Positions 63,548-64,000 of a stretch of 64,000 bases of DNA are shown here, in pieces (the first letter of the stretch is position 1; every line of letters begins with the position of its first letter). Made by a program: the position numbers and the translations under genes. Origin of the DNA: Chiloscyllium plagiosum (Eukaryota); NCBI RefSeq assembly GCF_004010195.1, contig NC_057749.1, positions 15,565,690 through 15,629,689 of the forward strand, written 5' to 3'. A model generated the notes under the pieces. The model was given only the letters and a program-made list of their open reading frames with translations, did no database searches and was not told the origin of the DNA.

Positions 63548-63713
63548 CGGTTAATCGAAGAGGAGAACATGTTAGCTACATCTCTGAAGCAATTTTCACT
63601 GCGAGCTGAGATGCTGCCCTCTTACATTCCTGTGAGGGTGGCAGAGAAGATCCTCTTTGTGGGAGAGTCAGTGCAGATGTTTGAGAACCAGAATGTGAAT
63701 CACACCCGTGCAG
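63548..63713 (+). CDS. tubgcp4: TUBGCP4 coding exon 8 (gene continues beyond window)
   Basis: RLIEEENMLATSLKQFSLRAEMLPSYIPVRVAEKILFVGESVQMFENQNVNHTRA(G), AG/GTAGGG. Confidence 0.96.
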
Positions 63714-64000
63714 GTAGGGCTCCGTGTATGGTGCGTGCCTGATTTTCAGTGGGTCAGGGTAGTGTCCATTATGCTCGCCTATCACACCAGGCTCCGAAAG
63801 GCACTGGGTTCAATGGATCCTCTGCTAGGGCAGCTGATCTCCAGCCATGCACACCATATCATCTGGGAAGCCATATTACTGTAAAATCTATCACTCTGTC
63901 TGAGCACCTGAATGTGGCCTCAGCAATGTCACTCACATCATATGGGCAACTTCAAACAATCACTCCAGTACTGTGGAGCTCGACGGAGGGGATCACAAGC

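Overview
Eukaryotic, repeat-rich vertebrate DNA. The V-domain tRNA-derived SINEs and the CR1-clade LINEs sharing their 3' tails resemble the shark HE1/HER1 pair, so this is most likely a cartilaginous fish (inference). Three + strand host genes can be read directly. (1) A CART neuropeptide gene missed by the ORF track: end of the penultimate exon at 1-47 and last coding exon at 5457-5564. (2) An intact, intronless calicin (CCIN)-like BTB-BACK-Kelch gene at 35681-37468. (3) The first 8 coding exons of TUBGCP4 (41653-63713, continuing past the window), all with GT-AG boundaries and consistent phases. The rest is mostly decayed retroelements: CR1 LINEs (two with an esterase-type ORF1), Rex1-like LINE ends, V-SINEs, a solo LTR with a 4-bp TSD and a Penelope-like GIY-YIG fragment. 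The most notable non-genic signal is minimal hammerhead-ribozyme cores (CUGANGA-N-stem II-GAAA-NN-UH). They occur next to the Penelope-like fragment and in three further families of short, often palindromic non-coding repeats, several sense-oriented inside CART and TUBGCP4 introns. Also notable are a four-fold fixed-spacing GCCAG-N4-AAA-N-ATGGC array in the TUBGCP4 promoter, a perfect 111-bp direct duplication and two local inverted duplications. Family and gene calls rest on recalled sequence knowledge, no searches were run, and repeat boundaries are approximate.
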